Positions 49,305 through 58,921 of a stretch of DNA of 64,000 bases are shown one piece after another (the stretch's first letter is position 1; every line of letters starts with the position of its first letter). Both the position numbers and the translations under genes were made by a program. Under the pieces are notes generated by a model. It saw nothing but the letters and a program-made list of their open reading frames with translations, made no database searches and was not told the DNA's origin. Origin of the DNA: Candidatus Poribacteria bacterium (GTDB lineage: Bacteria; Poribacteria; WGA-4E; PCPOR2b); the NCBI GenBank assembly GCA_965208675.1, contig OZ242351.1, positions 1,152,001-1,216,000 on the forward strand. The letters are read 5' to 3'.

Positions 49305-49325
49305 GGGACTGAAAGCCCTTTTTTT
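49305..49325 (+). terminator. Possible intrinsic terminator after the PIN operon
   Basis: GGGACTGAAAGCCC followed by T7. Confidence 0.4.
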
Positions 49326-49420
49326 ATAGACTGTAAAAACTGTAATTTTGCAACAAACGATGCCCCAGAAAAAAGGCGCAACTGGAGGAGAATATGCGGT
49401 AGGAGAGCGTTTTAATCTGA

Positions 49421-49501
49421 CCCTCTCTCACTCCCCCTTAGCAAGGGGGAGAATGTGTGTAGAATCCTATGACCTGTAGGGGCGCCCCTTGTGGGTGCCC
49501 A
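49421..49501. repeat. Short palindromic REP-like elements
   Basis: CTCCCCCTTAGCAAGGGGGAG and GTAGGGGCGCCCCTTGTGGGTGCCC. Confidence 0.6.
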
Positions 49502-49541
49502 CTTACTGACCGGCACCACCCCCGATTAGGAAAGAATATCA

Positions 49542-49754
49542 ATGCAGCCCAAACCTGTGCAAAATTGGACAGACCGAATCGTTATTGACGAAGCAATTTT
49601 GACGGGAAAGCCCGTCATTAAAGGCACCCGTTTAGCTGTTGAATTCATCATTGACCTATTAGCGAACGGATGGAGCGAAGCAGAGATTCTTGAGAATTAT
49701 CCTGGAATTGTGATTGAGGACATTCGTGCATGTATCGAACACGCTAACACCTGA
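49542..49754 (+). CDS. DUF433-family antitoxin (orphan)
   Basis: RIVID..ILTGKPVIKGTRL.V..I...LA.GWSE.EIL.NYP.I..EDIRAC. Confidence 0.9.
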   Translation: MQPKPVQNWTDRIVIDEAILTGKPVIKGTRLAVEFIIDLLANGWSEAEILENYPGIVIEDIRACIEHANT

Positions 49755-49833
49755 ATCAAGGATAAAGCAACTTCATTGCGAAGAATAAATCTCAACAAAC
49801 AACGACTCAGCATCAATAGAGACGAATACGAAA
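49755..49833 (+). pseudogene. Decayed 3' remnant of a HigB/RelE (Gp49-like) toxin
   Basis: With indels it reads QG-ATSLR-INLNKQRL, resembling the GIATP..E..LIKQRL C-terminus of toxins paired with HTH_37 antitoxins. Confidence 0.45.
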
Positions 49834-50163
49834 ATGAATCAATTTGCCCAATTGTATCCGAGTTCCGGTAATGTGTTTCGGGACATCGGTATTCCCGTAG
49901 CCGAAGCTGAACGTGAACTCTTGAAGGCCGACCTCGCCTTTGTAATCCACACAATTCTTGAGAAACGAAAACTGACACGGTCAAAAGCGGGGAATATGCT
50001 CGGCATAGATTTGTCGGATGTGTCCCGACTAAAGAATGGCAATTTCGGTTGTTTTAGCGTGGAGCGTATGTTCACGTTTTTGAACAGTCTCAACTACAAT
50101 GTCGAGATTCACATTACGCCTTCGGGCGAGAACGGCGTACACCAGCGGGTCATTGCGGTTTAG
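49834..50163 (+). CDS. XRE/HTH_37 (HigA-like) antitoxin
   Basis: SSGNVFRDIG...LLKADL...VSRLKNG...FSVERM. Confidence 0.88.
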   Translation: MNQFAQLYPSSGNVFRDIGIPVAEAERELLKADLAFVIHTILEKRKLTRSKAGNMLGIDLSDVSRLKNGNFGCFSVERMFTFLNSLNYNVEIHITPSGENGVHQRVIAV

Positions 50164-50248
50164 CTGCCTACCCATATCCGCTGTGGGAGAGGCATCCTTG
50201 CCTCGATAATTGGGTGAACGCCCTTCGCCTCACTTCGGTTGAAGGGGT

Positions 50249-52003
50249 ATGTTTACTTCTAGGTCAACAAACATGAATCGACAGCGCCAAATACAGTTTG
50301 GAAATTATGCCGCGGCACGTATGCTAACAGCGACTCAAGTCGGCTATTCCACGTCACAAGAACGAATAACGGAAATTCTCCGCTCATTCAATTACACGGA
50401 ACTCGTGATTGTACTGGTAAGAATCAATCTTTTTCTCCACCGCAGTGAAGATCTTTTTGAATGCGAACGAGTTCTTAGAAAGAATTTTTGCACGTCGGTG
50501 TTGCAACATTCTATCACCGTTTCTGGAATTCTGGAAGACAGCATCATTTTCCACAGAAACCCAACACTTCGACTGTTAAGCAGGAGTGTGTGCGATGCTA
50601 ACCGAAATTCGACGCGGTCGCCGGATATTGCGGACGATGCACGGAATGACTTGGCGACATGTTATCTCGTCGTGAACGAATTGCTTGCTGAGGAAGCTCC
50701 CCCTCCTGGAATGGGCTCAGAGGAGAAATTAAGGAATGATTTAGCGGAATTAATTGCAATTTTCGAATACTCGGTCAATCCTTCGCCTTGGCGCCACATA
50801 AAACATACAATTGTTCGGTCAAACGAATTTCTGACTCTTCTTCAGGAGAAAGCGTCGACATTTGATGTGAACGCGGCGTTTTTAGAGGCGACAACCGGGT
50901 TGACATTACAGCACTACCAACATCTCATTTTTAGCATATTCGCGGTATACTCTAGATTTTCACCCGAGGAAATTTTGGAAGGCAACGCGCTATTCATTGA
51001 TACAAAGCCATCTCCAGCCCTTGCGACATTGTACGATAAGCTGCTCCAACACACCTGTATCCCAATTGAAGAACTTGCGCGCTGTGCGGAAACAATAACC
51101 TCACTGACAAACGAGTTTCGCCTATGGCGGCAATTTCCACTTGTAAAGTTAAGTGATGACCAAATCATGTGCGTCGATATGGGGTTCCTCGTAGATAAAA
51201 TTGAAACGGGAGTGTTTTGGATCGTACGCGATTACCTTGAAGATAAAATTGCCGGCAAAGGAGAACAGATTATTCGCTTGCGCGGTGCGGTTTTCGAGGA
51301 TTATGCCGCGTCAATTGTTGAGCGAGGAATCAATGCACAACAGCCGCCCGGCAAAGAGAAGTTCATAATTAAGCCGATGTATGATCAGAAAGGAGAGGCG
51401 GAGTGTACCGATATTGCAGTATATGGTGGGGACACGCTCATCCTGTTGGAATGCAAAGCGCCACTATTATCTGCCGAAGCGAAGTTCAGCCGAGATTTTT
51501 CTGAATTCTACAAGGCAATCAAGCCCAGTGTAATTAAGGGCATAGGGCAGCTGTGGGCTTCCATTCAGGACATGTGTCATACTGACAAAAAGCAAAGGCG
51601 AAAGGTAAAAGGCATAAGTATTTCAAAGATTAAAAAGATTTACCCAGTGATAGTGCTTCCTGATCGCCTTTTCTCACTTCCGGGTATGAACAGGTACCTG
51701 GACCTGGAATTTCAACAGCTATTGAAACGCAAAAATCTGAAAAAGCACTTAGCTGACATGCGCTTAACTGTTTTAACCATATCTGATCTTGAGGATTTAG
51801 AGCCCTATCTATACGACAAACCCTTCCATGTTCACCTAGAAACTTGGCTGCAAGATTTCAAAAGAGACGAATACTTCTCCTTCAGCCGATATTTACGGTC
51901 ATTGAGGGAAAACGAACCACGTGAGAATTTGTACGTGAATAAGGAATTTGATCGGATTGGTGCCGACATGCAGGCGTTTTTCTCCGCGCACGGCCTTAAT
52001 TGA
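50249..52003 (+). CDS. Hypothetical protein with a C-terminal PD-(D/E)xK (NERD-like) nuclease motif
   Basis: GAVFEDY...ECTDIAVYGGDTLILLECK...KGIGQL. Confidence 0.65.
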   Translation: MFTSRSTNMNRQRQIQFGNYAAARMLTATQVGYSTSQERITEILRSFNYTELVIVLVRINLFLHRSEDLFECERVLRKNFCTSVLQHSITVSGILEDSIIFHRNPTLRLLSRSVCDANRNSTRSPDIADDARNDLATCYLVVNELLAEEAPPPGMGSEEKLRNDLAELIAIFEYSVNPSPWRHIKHTIVRSNEFLTLLQEKASTFDVNAAFLEATTGLTLQHYQHLIFSIFAVYSRFSPEEILEGNALFIDTKPSPALATLYDKLLQHTCIPIEELARCAETITSLTNEFRLWRQFPLVKLSDDQIMCVDMGFLVDKIETGVFWIVRDYLEDKIAGKGEQIIRLRGAVFEDYAASIVERGINAQQPPGKEKFIIKPMYDQKGEAECTDIAVYGGDTLILLECKAPLLSAEAKFSRDFSEFYKAIKPSVIKGIGQLWASIQDMCHTDKKQRRKVKGISISKIKKIYPVIVLPDRLFSLPGMNRYLDLEFQQLLKRKNLKKHLADMRLTVLTISDLEDLEPYLYDKPFHVHLETWLQDFKRDEYFSFSRYLRSLRENEPRENLYVNKEFDRIGADMQAFFSAHGLN

Positions 52004-52049
52004 TAATGATTAGTTGCCAATCGCAACTTCACTGAATATGGAATGCATG

Positions 52050-52385
52050 ATGCATATCACAGGGATTTTTGAATTCATCAGCCCCAAGTCAATTTGAATC
52101 AAAGGCACTCGAGTCGGTATCGAAATTGTCATTGAGAAATTTCCTGACGGTGCAAACCCGGATGAAATTCGACGACAGCACCCACATCTTACATTAAAGC
52201 AGATTCATGGGACGATTACCTACTACCTGTTCAACAAAGAGCCAATCGACGCCTATATTGAAGCCGGGCGAAAGCAAGCCGAACAGACTTATGCCCAACA
52301 GCGAAAAAACCCGTCGCCGGGCGTGGCGCGGCTCATGAAAATCAAAGCCCAGCGCGAAGCCGCACAATTACAACCCCATAACTAA
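52050..52385 (+). pseudogene. DUF433-family gene with an in-frame stop
   Basis: MHITGIFEFISPKSI*IKGTRVGIEIV...PHLTLKQIHGTITYYL; TGA at 52095-52097 where Arg (CGA) is expected. Confidence 0.8.
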
Positions 52386-52484
52386 ATGGGATGAACAGAA
52401 TCTATTGTAGTGCTAGCAATAACGAAAATAATTTCGCGTTAATTATCGCCTCTGTGCACATCGTCTGATGGAACTGACTTCATC

Positions 52485-55400
52485 ATGCCAAACCCGTACA
52501 GTGAAGACCAACTTGTAGAACAACCCGCCATCGCCCTGCTCGAAGAACTCGGGTGGAAGACGCTCGACTGCTACGGTGAATTCGATCAGGGTGGCAGTCC
52601 GATCGGTAGAGAGCACAGGGGCGAGGTCGTTCTAACGATGAGGTTGCGCGGCGCACTAGAACGCCTCAATCCTGATGCGTCCGCCGTGGCAATTAACGCG
52701 GCGATTGAGGAGTTGACAAAATCCCGTGCGGCTATGAGCCTCGTCGAAGCCAACTGGGAGATTTACAGCCAACTGAAGGATGGCGTGAAAGTTGCCGACA
52801 CGGCACCCGACGACGAAGGCGAATCCGTCGTAGACCTAAAGGTGATTGACTGGGAAAATACGGAGAACAACGATTTCTTCCTGGCGTCACAGTTCTGGAT
52901 TGCCGGCGAAATGCACACTCGAAGACCGGACGCAATCGGCTTTATTAACGGACTGCCGTTGGTGGTGATGGAGTTCAAACGGCTTGACGAGAACGTCCAC
53001 TCCGCCTACCACGATAACCTACGGGACTATAAGGACACCATTCCCCATCTGTTCTGGTACAACGCCCTGATTATTCTCTCCAACGGTTTGGAGAGCCGCG
53101 TCGGCAGCCTCACAGCCAGTTGGGAACACTTCGCCGAATGGAAACGAATTAAAGGTGAAGATGAACCTGCCGCGGTTTCGTTGGAGACCATCCTGCGCGG
53201 CCTCTGCAACCATCGCCGGCTGCTTGACATTGTCGAGAACTTCACCCTCTTCATGAGTCCCCAAGGCGGATCAATCAAGCTCACCGCCAAAAACCATCAG
53301 TATCTGGGTGTGAACAACGCCATTGAAGCCTTGAAGAGTATTGAATCTAATCGCGGACAGCTCGGCGTGTTCTGGCATACACAGGGCAGCGGGAAGAGCG
53401 TCTCGATGCTATTCTTCGCCCAGAAAGTTCTCAGGAAAATTCCGGGTAACTGGACCTTTGTCGTTGTCACGGATCGGAAAGAGCTGGACACTCAAATCTA
53501 CAAAACCTTCGCGAGTGCGCGCGGCGTTGTGGCAAATCAGGAGGTTCATGCCGAGAGTGTCGCGCACCTCCGCCGTCTCTTGCGTGAAGACCACCGCTAC
53601 ATCTTCACCCTTATCCACAAATTCCAGACCCAAGGCTCTGAGAAACACCCCGTTCTCTCAAACCGATCAGACATCGTCGTCATCACCGATGAATCTCACC
53701 GCAGCCAATACGACACATTGGCATCCAATATGCGAACGGCGCTGCCCAATGCCGCGTTTATCGCCTTCACCGGCACGCCGCTAATCGCGGGCGAAGAAAA
53801 GACCCGCCAAGTGTTCGGGGAATACGTCTCAATCTACGACTTCAAGCAGTCGGTCGAGGACAACGCAACCGTACCGCTCTATTACGAAAACCGCGTTCCC
53901 GCCGTGCAATTAGTCAACGAGGAACTCAACGAAGATTTTGCGGGGATCCTAGAGGCGGCGGAACTTGATGAAACACAGGAAACCAGGATTGAGCGCGAGT
54001 TTGCCACACAGTATCACGTAATCACGCGTGATGAACGCTTAGAAGATGTCGCGAAAGATATTGTTTCGCACTTTATGGGGCGTGGATATCGGGGCAAGGC
54101 GATGGTCATCTCCATCGACAAAGCCACCGCCGTCAAGATGTATGACAAGGTTCAGAAGCATTGGGCTGAGTACCTTGAAGCGTTGAAGGTCAAAAAAGAG
54201 GACGCCCATGGGAACGTGGAACTTAAACCCCTTGAGGCAAAAATCCAATACATGGAAGAGACCGATATGGCAGTCGTAGTCTCACAGTCGCAGAACGAGA
54301 TTGACGATCTGAAAGCCAAAGGGGCGGATATCGTTCCGCATCGCAGACGCATGAATACCCAGGACCTTGAGACTAAATTCAAAGATCCGGCAGATTCGTT
54401 CCGGGTCGTTTTTGTCTGTTCAATGTGGATGACCGGTTTCGATGTGCCGGCTTGTTCCACGATTTATCTTGACAAACTGCAACGCAACCATACCTTGATG
54501 CAGACAATCGCCAGAGCCAACCGAGTCTTCGGCGACAAAGTCAACGGCTTGGTCGTCGATTATATCGGAATCTTCCGCAATCTTGAGCGCGCGTTGGCGA
54601 TTTACGCGGAAGGCACCGATGCGGAAGGCAGACGCCCAATTCGCGATAAATCGGAGCTTGTCGACGTACTTAGACGCGCAATTGCTGAAATTAAAGAGTT
54701 TTGTGCGAACCGCGGCGTTGACCTCACCAAGATTCAGGCGGCGGAAACAGAAACTTTTGAACGCGCTCGGCGAATCAACGACGCGGTAGACAAACTGCTG
54801 GTAAACGATGAAACTAAACGTGACTATTTACAGCGCGCAAATAACATCTCCAAGCTATACAAGGCGATACTGCCCGATCCCGCAGTGAATGAATTTAAGG
54901 AAATCTGCAGCCTCACCAAGCTGATTGCGGAAAAAATCAAAAACTTGACTCCGTCTGCGGATCCCTCCGATGTGAGGAAGGAAATTGAAGTCCTACTGGA
55001 CCAGTCAATCCTGCCGATTGGTTACATCATAGCGGAAGAAGGGGAATATGAAACAAACCAGATTGTCGATTTGAGTCAGATAGACTTCGATAAGCTCCGC
55101 GAAAGATTCAAGACGCAACGCAAGCAGATTGAAGCCGAAAAACTCAGGAGCGCAATAAACAGGAAACTATCACAGTTGATTCGGCTTAACAAAACACGAA
55201 TGGATTATCAGGAAAAATTCGAACAAATCATCGCCGACTATAACGAAGCCGCCATTGACGTTGATGAATGGATTGAAGAATTAATCGCATTGGCGGGTGA
55301 ACTCAATGAGGAAGAACAACGCACCGTCGCCGAGCAACTATCCGAGGAAGAGCTGACTGTCTTTGACCTGCTCACTCGTCCCAAGCCCGAATTGACCGAA

Positions 55401-55652
55401 TCTGAAAAGAAACAGTCGAAAGACGTAGCCCGAAAACTGCTTGAGACACTCAAAAACGGCAAGCTAGTGCTCGATTGGCGCAAGCAACAACAATCGCGAG
55501 CCGTAGTTAAGCTCAGTGTTCGAGAGATACTCGATGAACTGCCGGAATGTTATACCCGGGAGGTATACGATCAAAAATGCGAAGCAGTGTATCAACACAT
55601 CTTCGAGTCTTACTACGGAAATGGCAAGAGCGTTTATAGCATTGCGGCGTGA
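52485..55652 (+). CDS. hsdR: Type I restriction endonuclease subunit R
   Basis: RPD...NGLPLVVMEFK nuclease motif, WHTQGSGKS, DESHRSQY, FTGTP and QTIARANR. Confidence 0.97.
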   Translation: MPNPYSEDQLVEQPAIALLEELGWKTLDCYGEFDQGGSPIGREHRGEVVLTMRLRGALERLNPDASAVAINAAIEELTKSRAAMSLVEANWEIYSQLKDGVKVADTAPDDEGESVVDLKVIDWENTENNDFFLASQFWIAGEMHTRRPDAIGFINGLPLVVMEFKRLDENVHSAYHDNLRDYKDTIPHLFWYNALIILSNGLESRVGSLTASWEHFAEWKRIKGEDEPAAVSLETILRGLCNHRRLLDIVENFTLFMSPQGGSIKLTAKNHQYLGVNNAIEALKSIESNRGQLGVFWHTQGSGKSVSMLFFAQKVLRKIPGNWTFVVVTDRKELDTQIYKTFASARGVVANQEVHAESVAHLRRLLREDHRYIFTLIHKFQTQGSEKHPVLSNRSDIVVITDESHRSQYDTLASNMRTALPNAAFIAFTGTPLIAGEEKTRQVFGEYVSIYDFKQSVEDNATVPLYYENRVPAVQLVNEELNEDFAGILEAAELDETQETRIEREFATQYHVITRDERLEDVAKDIVSHFMGRGYRGKAMVISIDKATAVKMYDKVQKHWAEYLEALKVKKEDAHGNVELKPLEAKIQYMEETDMAVVVSQSQNEIDDLKAKGADIVPHRRRMNTQDLETKFKDPADSFRVVFVCSMWMTGFDVPACSTIYLDKLQRNHTLMQTIARANRVFGDKVNGLVVDYIGIFRNLERALAIYAEGTDAEGRRPIRDKSELVDVLRRAIAEIKEFCANRGVDLTKIQAAETETFERARRINDAVDKLLVNDETKRDYLQRANNISKLYKAILPDPAVNEFKEICSLTKLIAEKIKNLTPSADPSDVRKEIEVLLDQSILPIGYIIAEEGEYETNQIVDLSQIDFDKLRERFKTQRKQIEAEKLRSAINRKLSQLIRLNKTRMDYQEKFEQIIADYNEAAIDVDEWIEELIALAGELNEEEQRTVAEQLSEEELTVFDLLTRPKPELTESEKKQSKDVARKLLETLKNGKLVLDWRKQQQSRAVVKLSVREILDELPECYTREVYDQKCEAVYQHIFESYYGNGKSVYSIAA

Positions 55653-55768
55653 TTCACGGCGGCTAACCCATCAATCTCCCCGCCGCTCACGTAAATACGC
55701 ATGAGGAGGATGTGCAACTAGCTGAATTGCTGGAATAACAGATTTTTCGAAAAACTCAACTGATTTGG

Positions 55769-56089
55769 AATCCGTGCAATCCATTAATCCGCGGTAATCC
55801 GCGATTCAGACAATAAGAAGTTCGCCATACGGAATACATTTTCATTTTCTCTCATTGATTCTCCGAAAGCATCCCGGACTTCGACCGAAAAATTATGGAT
55901 GTCTTCAATCCGCGCAATCCATTTATCCGCGGCAATCCGCGATTCAGACAACAAGAAGTTCGCCATACGGAATACATTTTCATTTTCTCTCATTGATTCT
56001 CCGAAAGCATCCCGGACTTCGACCGAAAAATTATGGATGTCTTCAATCTGCGTTATCCGTAAAATCCGCGGCAATCCGCGATTCAGACA
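55769..56089. repeat. ~138-bp tandem repeat: three (AATCC)n-GCGATTCAGAC elements separated by two near-identical ~95-nt spacers
   Basis: GCGATTCAGACA at 55801, 55939 and 56078; another partial copy at about 56698-56737. Confidence 0.92.
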
Positions 56090-56176
56090 GAGCATTGCCA
56101 AATACGGACGGCTGATCAACGCTTTACGTCTTAGTTTGTGATATACTGATTTGAGATTTTAATTGAAAGGAACATT

Positions 56177-56407
56177 ATGCCAAAAGCATCTTTGCAACAA
56201 CAAGCAGTTGACCTAATAGAGCAGCTTTCGACAGAAAAGCTGAAGACGGTTATTGACTATCTGAGCTACCTGCAAGATAAAGAAGCGTGGGAAGCCACCC
56301 GCGAATTGGCGAGCAATCCGGAAATCGTCAAAAGTTTAGAACGTTCAGAATCAGATGTGCAGGCAGAAAAGCTAAAGCGTTGGACCGATGTTAGACGGGA
56401 CGTTTGA
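56177..56407 (+). CDS. Type II antitoxin (DUF2281/Phd-like)
   Basis: Small protein, IEQLSTEKL..VIDYL.YL...EAWEATREL, upstream of a RelE-like gene. Confidence 0.75.
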   Translation: MPKASLQQQAVDLIEQLSTEKLKTVIDYLSYLQDKEAWEATRELASNPEIVKSLERSESDVQAEKLKRWTDVRRDV

Positions 56408-56665
56408 TGTACAACTCACTGAGATGAGGCAGCGACGCACTACGACGCGCTTGACGCAAACATGACGCGGCGAGTGAATGAAGCGTTTGATATGTTAGCC
56501 CAAAATCCGTTCTTTGGACGGAACATTGTCAAATTGAAGGGAGAGTATGCCGGACGGTACAGGTACCGTGTCGGAAGTTACCGAATTGTCTACAGTGTGA
56601 ACACGCAGCGTCGGGTGTGCATCATCAAAGGCATTTATCGGCGTGGCAGAGCAAATCGTCCGTAA
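56400..56665 (+). pseudogene. RelE/ParE-family toxin, probably inactivated
   Basis: KLKG...RYRYRVGSYRIVY. The expected N-terminus (M)FDVQLT-DEA starts with ACG at 56400 and is out of frame by an extra GA at 56421-56422. Confidence 0.7.
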
Positions 56666-56747
56666 TTAGGCAAATGACATGGATTCGGCGCATTGCATCT
56701 GCGTCCAACATTTATCCGCGGCAATCCGCGATTCAGAGGTTTGGAGA

Positions 56748-57545
56748 ATGAAAATGAGTCCGACAAATACAGATGAAAATTGGGAAATTACGTCGTCCGT
56801 CACCGATGAACAGGTTTCATTTTACAACGAAAACGGATATCTCACATTTGGCAGGATTTTTACTCGGGCAGAATTGGACGAATTGCGCGGTTACGTCGAT
56901 GATATGGTCGCTACGCTCCCCGAAGGCAAACGCCCCGAACACATGGACGTGCCGCACTTTGAACACCCGTATCTGTTTAAGTACCTTGCGGATCCGCGTG
57001 TGCTGGATGTGATAGAACGCTTCATCGGACCCGATATCCTCCTCTGGTCGAGCCATTTCGTCACCAAACCCAAGACCGACGGTATGCCCGCGCCGTGGCA
57101 TCAGGACGGCGTCTACTGGAACGGCCGATTGGAACCGATGCATGTAATCACGATGTGGCTCGCTGTGGACGAATCGTCAGTCGAAAACGGCTGCATGCGC
57201 GTAATCGCCGGGAGCCATAAACTCAGAGATCGGCGCTACGAGCATGTCGATCCGACAAAAAACATATTCGGCACCGAAGTCGTCGCTGAAGATTTGGATG
57301 CATCGAGGATTGTTAACCTAGAACTGGCCGTCGGCGAATGCCATTTTCACGACGCCTTTACCATCCACGGATCGGCTGCAAATTCCTCGCAAAATAGGCG
57401 ATGCGGTTATACGATGCGTTACATGCCGGCGACTGTCCGCTGCCATGACCCGATGTTGGCACCTGCCCATCGCATCTACCTGTTGCGGGGCGAAGATCGA
57501 AGCAACGGTTTCAATTTCTACACCCCGGCACCGAATTTCCCCTGA
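56748..57545 (+). CDS. Phytanoyl-CoA dioxygenase (PhyH) family protein
   Basis: PWHQDGVYW, ENGCMRVIAGSH and HGSAAN..RR; start reassigned to 56748. Confidence 0.9.
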   Translation: MKMSPTNTDENWEITSSVTDEQVSFYNENGYLTFGRIFTRAELDELRGYVDDMVATLPEGKRPEHMDVPHFEHPYLFKYLADPRVLDVIERFIGPDILLWSSHFVTKPKTDGMPAPWHQDGVYWNGRLEPMHVITMWLAVDESSVENGCMRVIAGSHKLRDRRYEHVDPTKNIFGTEVVAEDLDASRIVNLELAVGECHFHDAFTIHGSAANSSQNRRCGYTMRYMPATVRCHDPMLAPAHRIYLLRGEDRSNGFNFYTPAPNFP

Positions 57546-57740
57546 ACGGCTCGCCGAAATCCTTTACTCCCAATACATTGCCATTGATATCAGACATGCG
57601 ATTACACTTACACGGTTTGACGGGCGATTGAGCGAGAAAGGGGCGATTGCAACAAGCGCAATCGCAAGTTGAGGCCGCCCAACCTCTACCCGTTGAAGTC
57701 CCCGCAATTCCTAACCCGTGCCGATCCAGACGATACCCTC

Positions 57741-57770
57741 TTGTAATAGACACGGATTTGGTGATATAAT
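57741..57770 (+). promoter_or_regulatory. Sigma70-like promoter
   Basis: TTGTAA-N18-TATAAT with extended -10 TG. Confidence 0.5.
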
Positions 57771-57820
57771 CATGGCGCGATTAATTCAAATCCCGAAGAA
57801 ATGACCATCGTGGAGGACAA

Positions 57821-58489
57821 ATGACGAACATAGAAAGCGACGATTCCAACGATTTTGCGCGCCGCAGTCTAGATCGAGGCATGGAGATGCAGCGGCGAGG
57901 GTTTTTAGATGTCGCTATCCCTTACTACACTGAAGTCATACGGTTAGAGCAGGGAGACCCGGATATACTCATTGATGCCTGCGGCAAACGGGGCGAGTGT
58001 TATTTGAAAAAAGGCGATTTGCAGTCTGCAATCAAAGATTTTGACAGAGTGATAAATGAGTTGCCTGAAAACCCCGACAATGCCAGTGTCTATAAGAATC
58101 GAGGTGCCGCTTACCTCGGAACGGGCCGTTTTGACCGCGCCGCCGAAGATTTTACCAAGGCGATAGAACTGAAACCCGGTTACGCTAACGCCTTCCGCCT
58201 TCGCGGTATAGTTTACTGCAGGAAAGGCGAGTATAGCAGTGCTATTGAAGACTTTTCCATAGTGATTGCATTGAAGCCCAATTATGCCAAGACCTATTAC
58301 AATCGCGGTATAGCCTGGCTGCATTTGGGCGAGTGGGAAAAAGCCAAATCTGACCTGATGAACTCCTCGAGTATGAAGATGGACACTATCGCAGCATTCC
58401 GCGAGGAGTATCAAAGCCTTCAAGAATTCGAGCAGAAACTTGGGATTCAAGTGCCGGTTGACATCATCCCATTGCTTAGGCGCGGTTAA
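57821..58489 (+). CDS. Tetratricopeptide repeat protein
   Basis: About five TPRs (NRG..Y...G.F..A..DF..AI.L.P.YA). Confidence 0.92.
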   Translation: MTNIESDDSNDFARRSLDRGMEMQRRGFLDVAIPYYTEVIRLEQGDPDILIDACGKRGECYLKKGDLQSAIKDFDRVINELPENPDNASVYKNRGAAYLGTGRFDRAAEDFTKAIELKPGYANAFRLRGIVYCRKGEYSSAIEDFSIVIALKPNYAKTYYNRGIAWLHLGEWEKAKSDLMNSSSMKMDTIAAFREEYQSLQEFEQKLGIQVPVDIIPLLRRG

Positions 58490-58511
58490 TGTCAATTCGT
58501 GAATTGACATT
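58488..58511. terminator. Inverted repeat after the TPR gene
   Basis: AATGTCAATTC-GT-GAATTGACATT. Confidence 0.45.
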
Positions 58512-58921
58512 TTAATGGAACCGCCATCGGCAATTAGGCGGCAACGGCGGCTAGCAAATTTAACGGCGCCAATGTGGGGAAAGGGTTGCTAGCGGCGACG
58601 CGCGGCGGATACAACGCGTACTCCATTGAGGGTCGGGACCTCCTGCACCAAAGTCGGTGACAATTAGACACTTCTTGAAATACTAACGGATTCCTTGATG
58701 CGAAATTGATTCAAATGACCATTCATACCGGTTCCCACCATTCCATTCGAGCGAAAATTATATCTGCATCTGATCACTTGCCCCGAATGTGCATCATGAT
58801 ATGTTGGAACACTATGTCGCCGTCCGGCTGCCTTTAAACCCAACGGTTACACAGCGCTTTTGTACCGAATTTCTTGAGTTTTGAATCCGTCGCAGTTCCA
58901 TCTAAAGGGAGAAAACCTCTT

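Noticed and set aside
52095-52097. TGA as selenocysteine or recoded codon
   Set aside because: The position corresponds to Arg (CGA to TGA), and TGA ends many normal genes in this window
55784-56141. ORFs across the 138-bp repeat, or a mini-CRISPR
   Set aside because: The ORFs are translations of the repeat; the two spacers are ~95 nt and essentially identical
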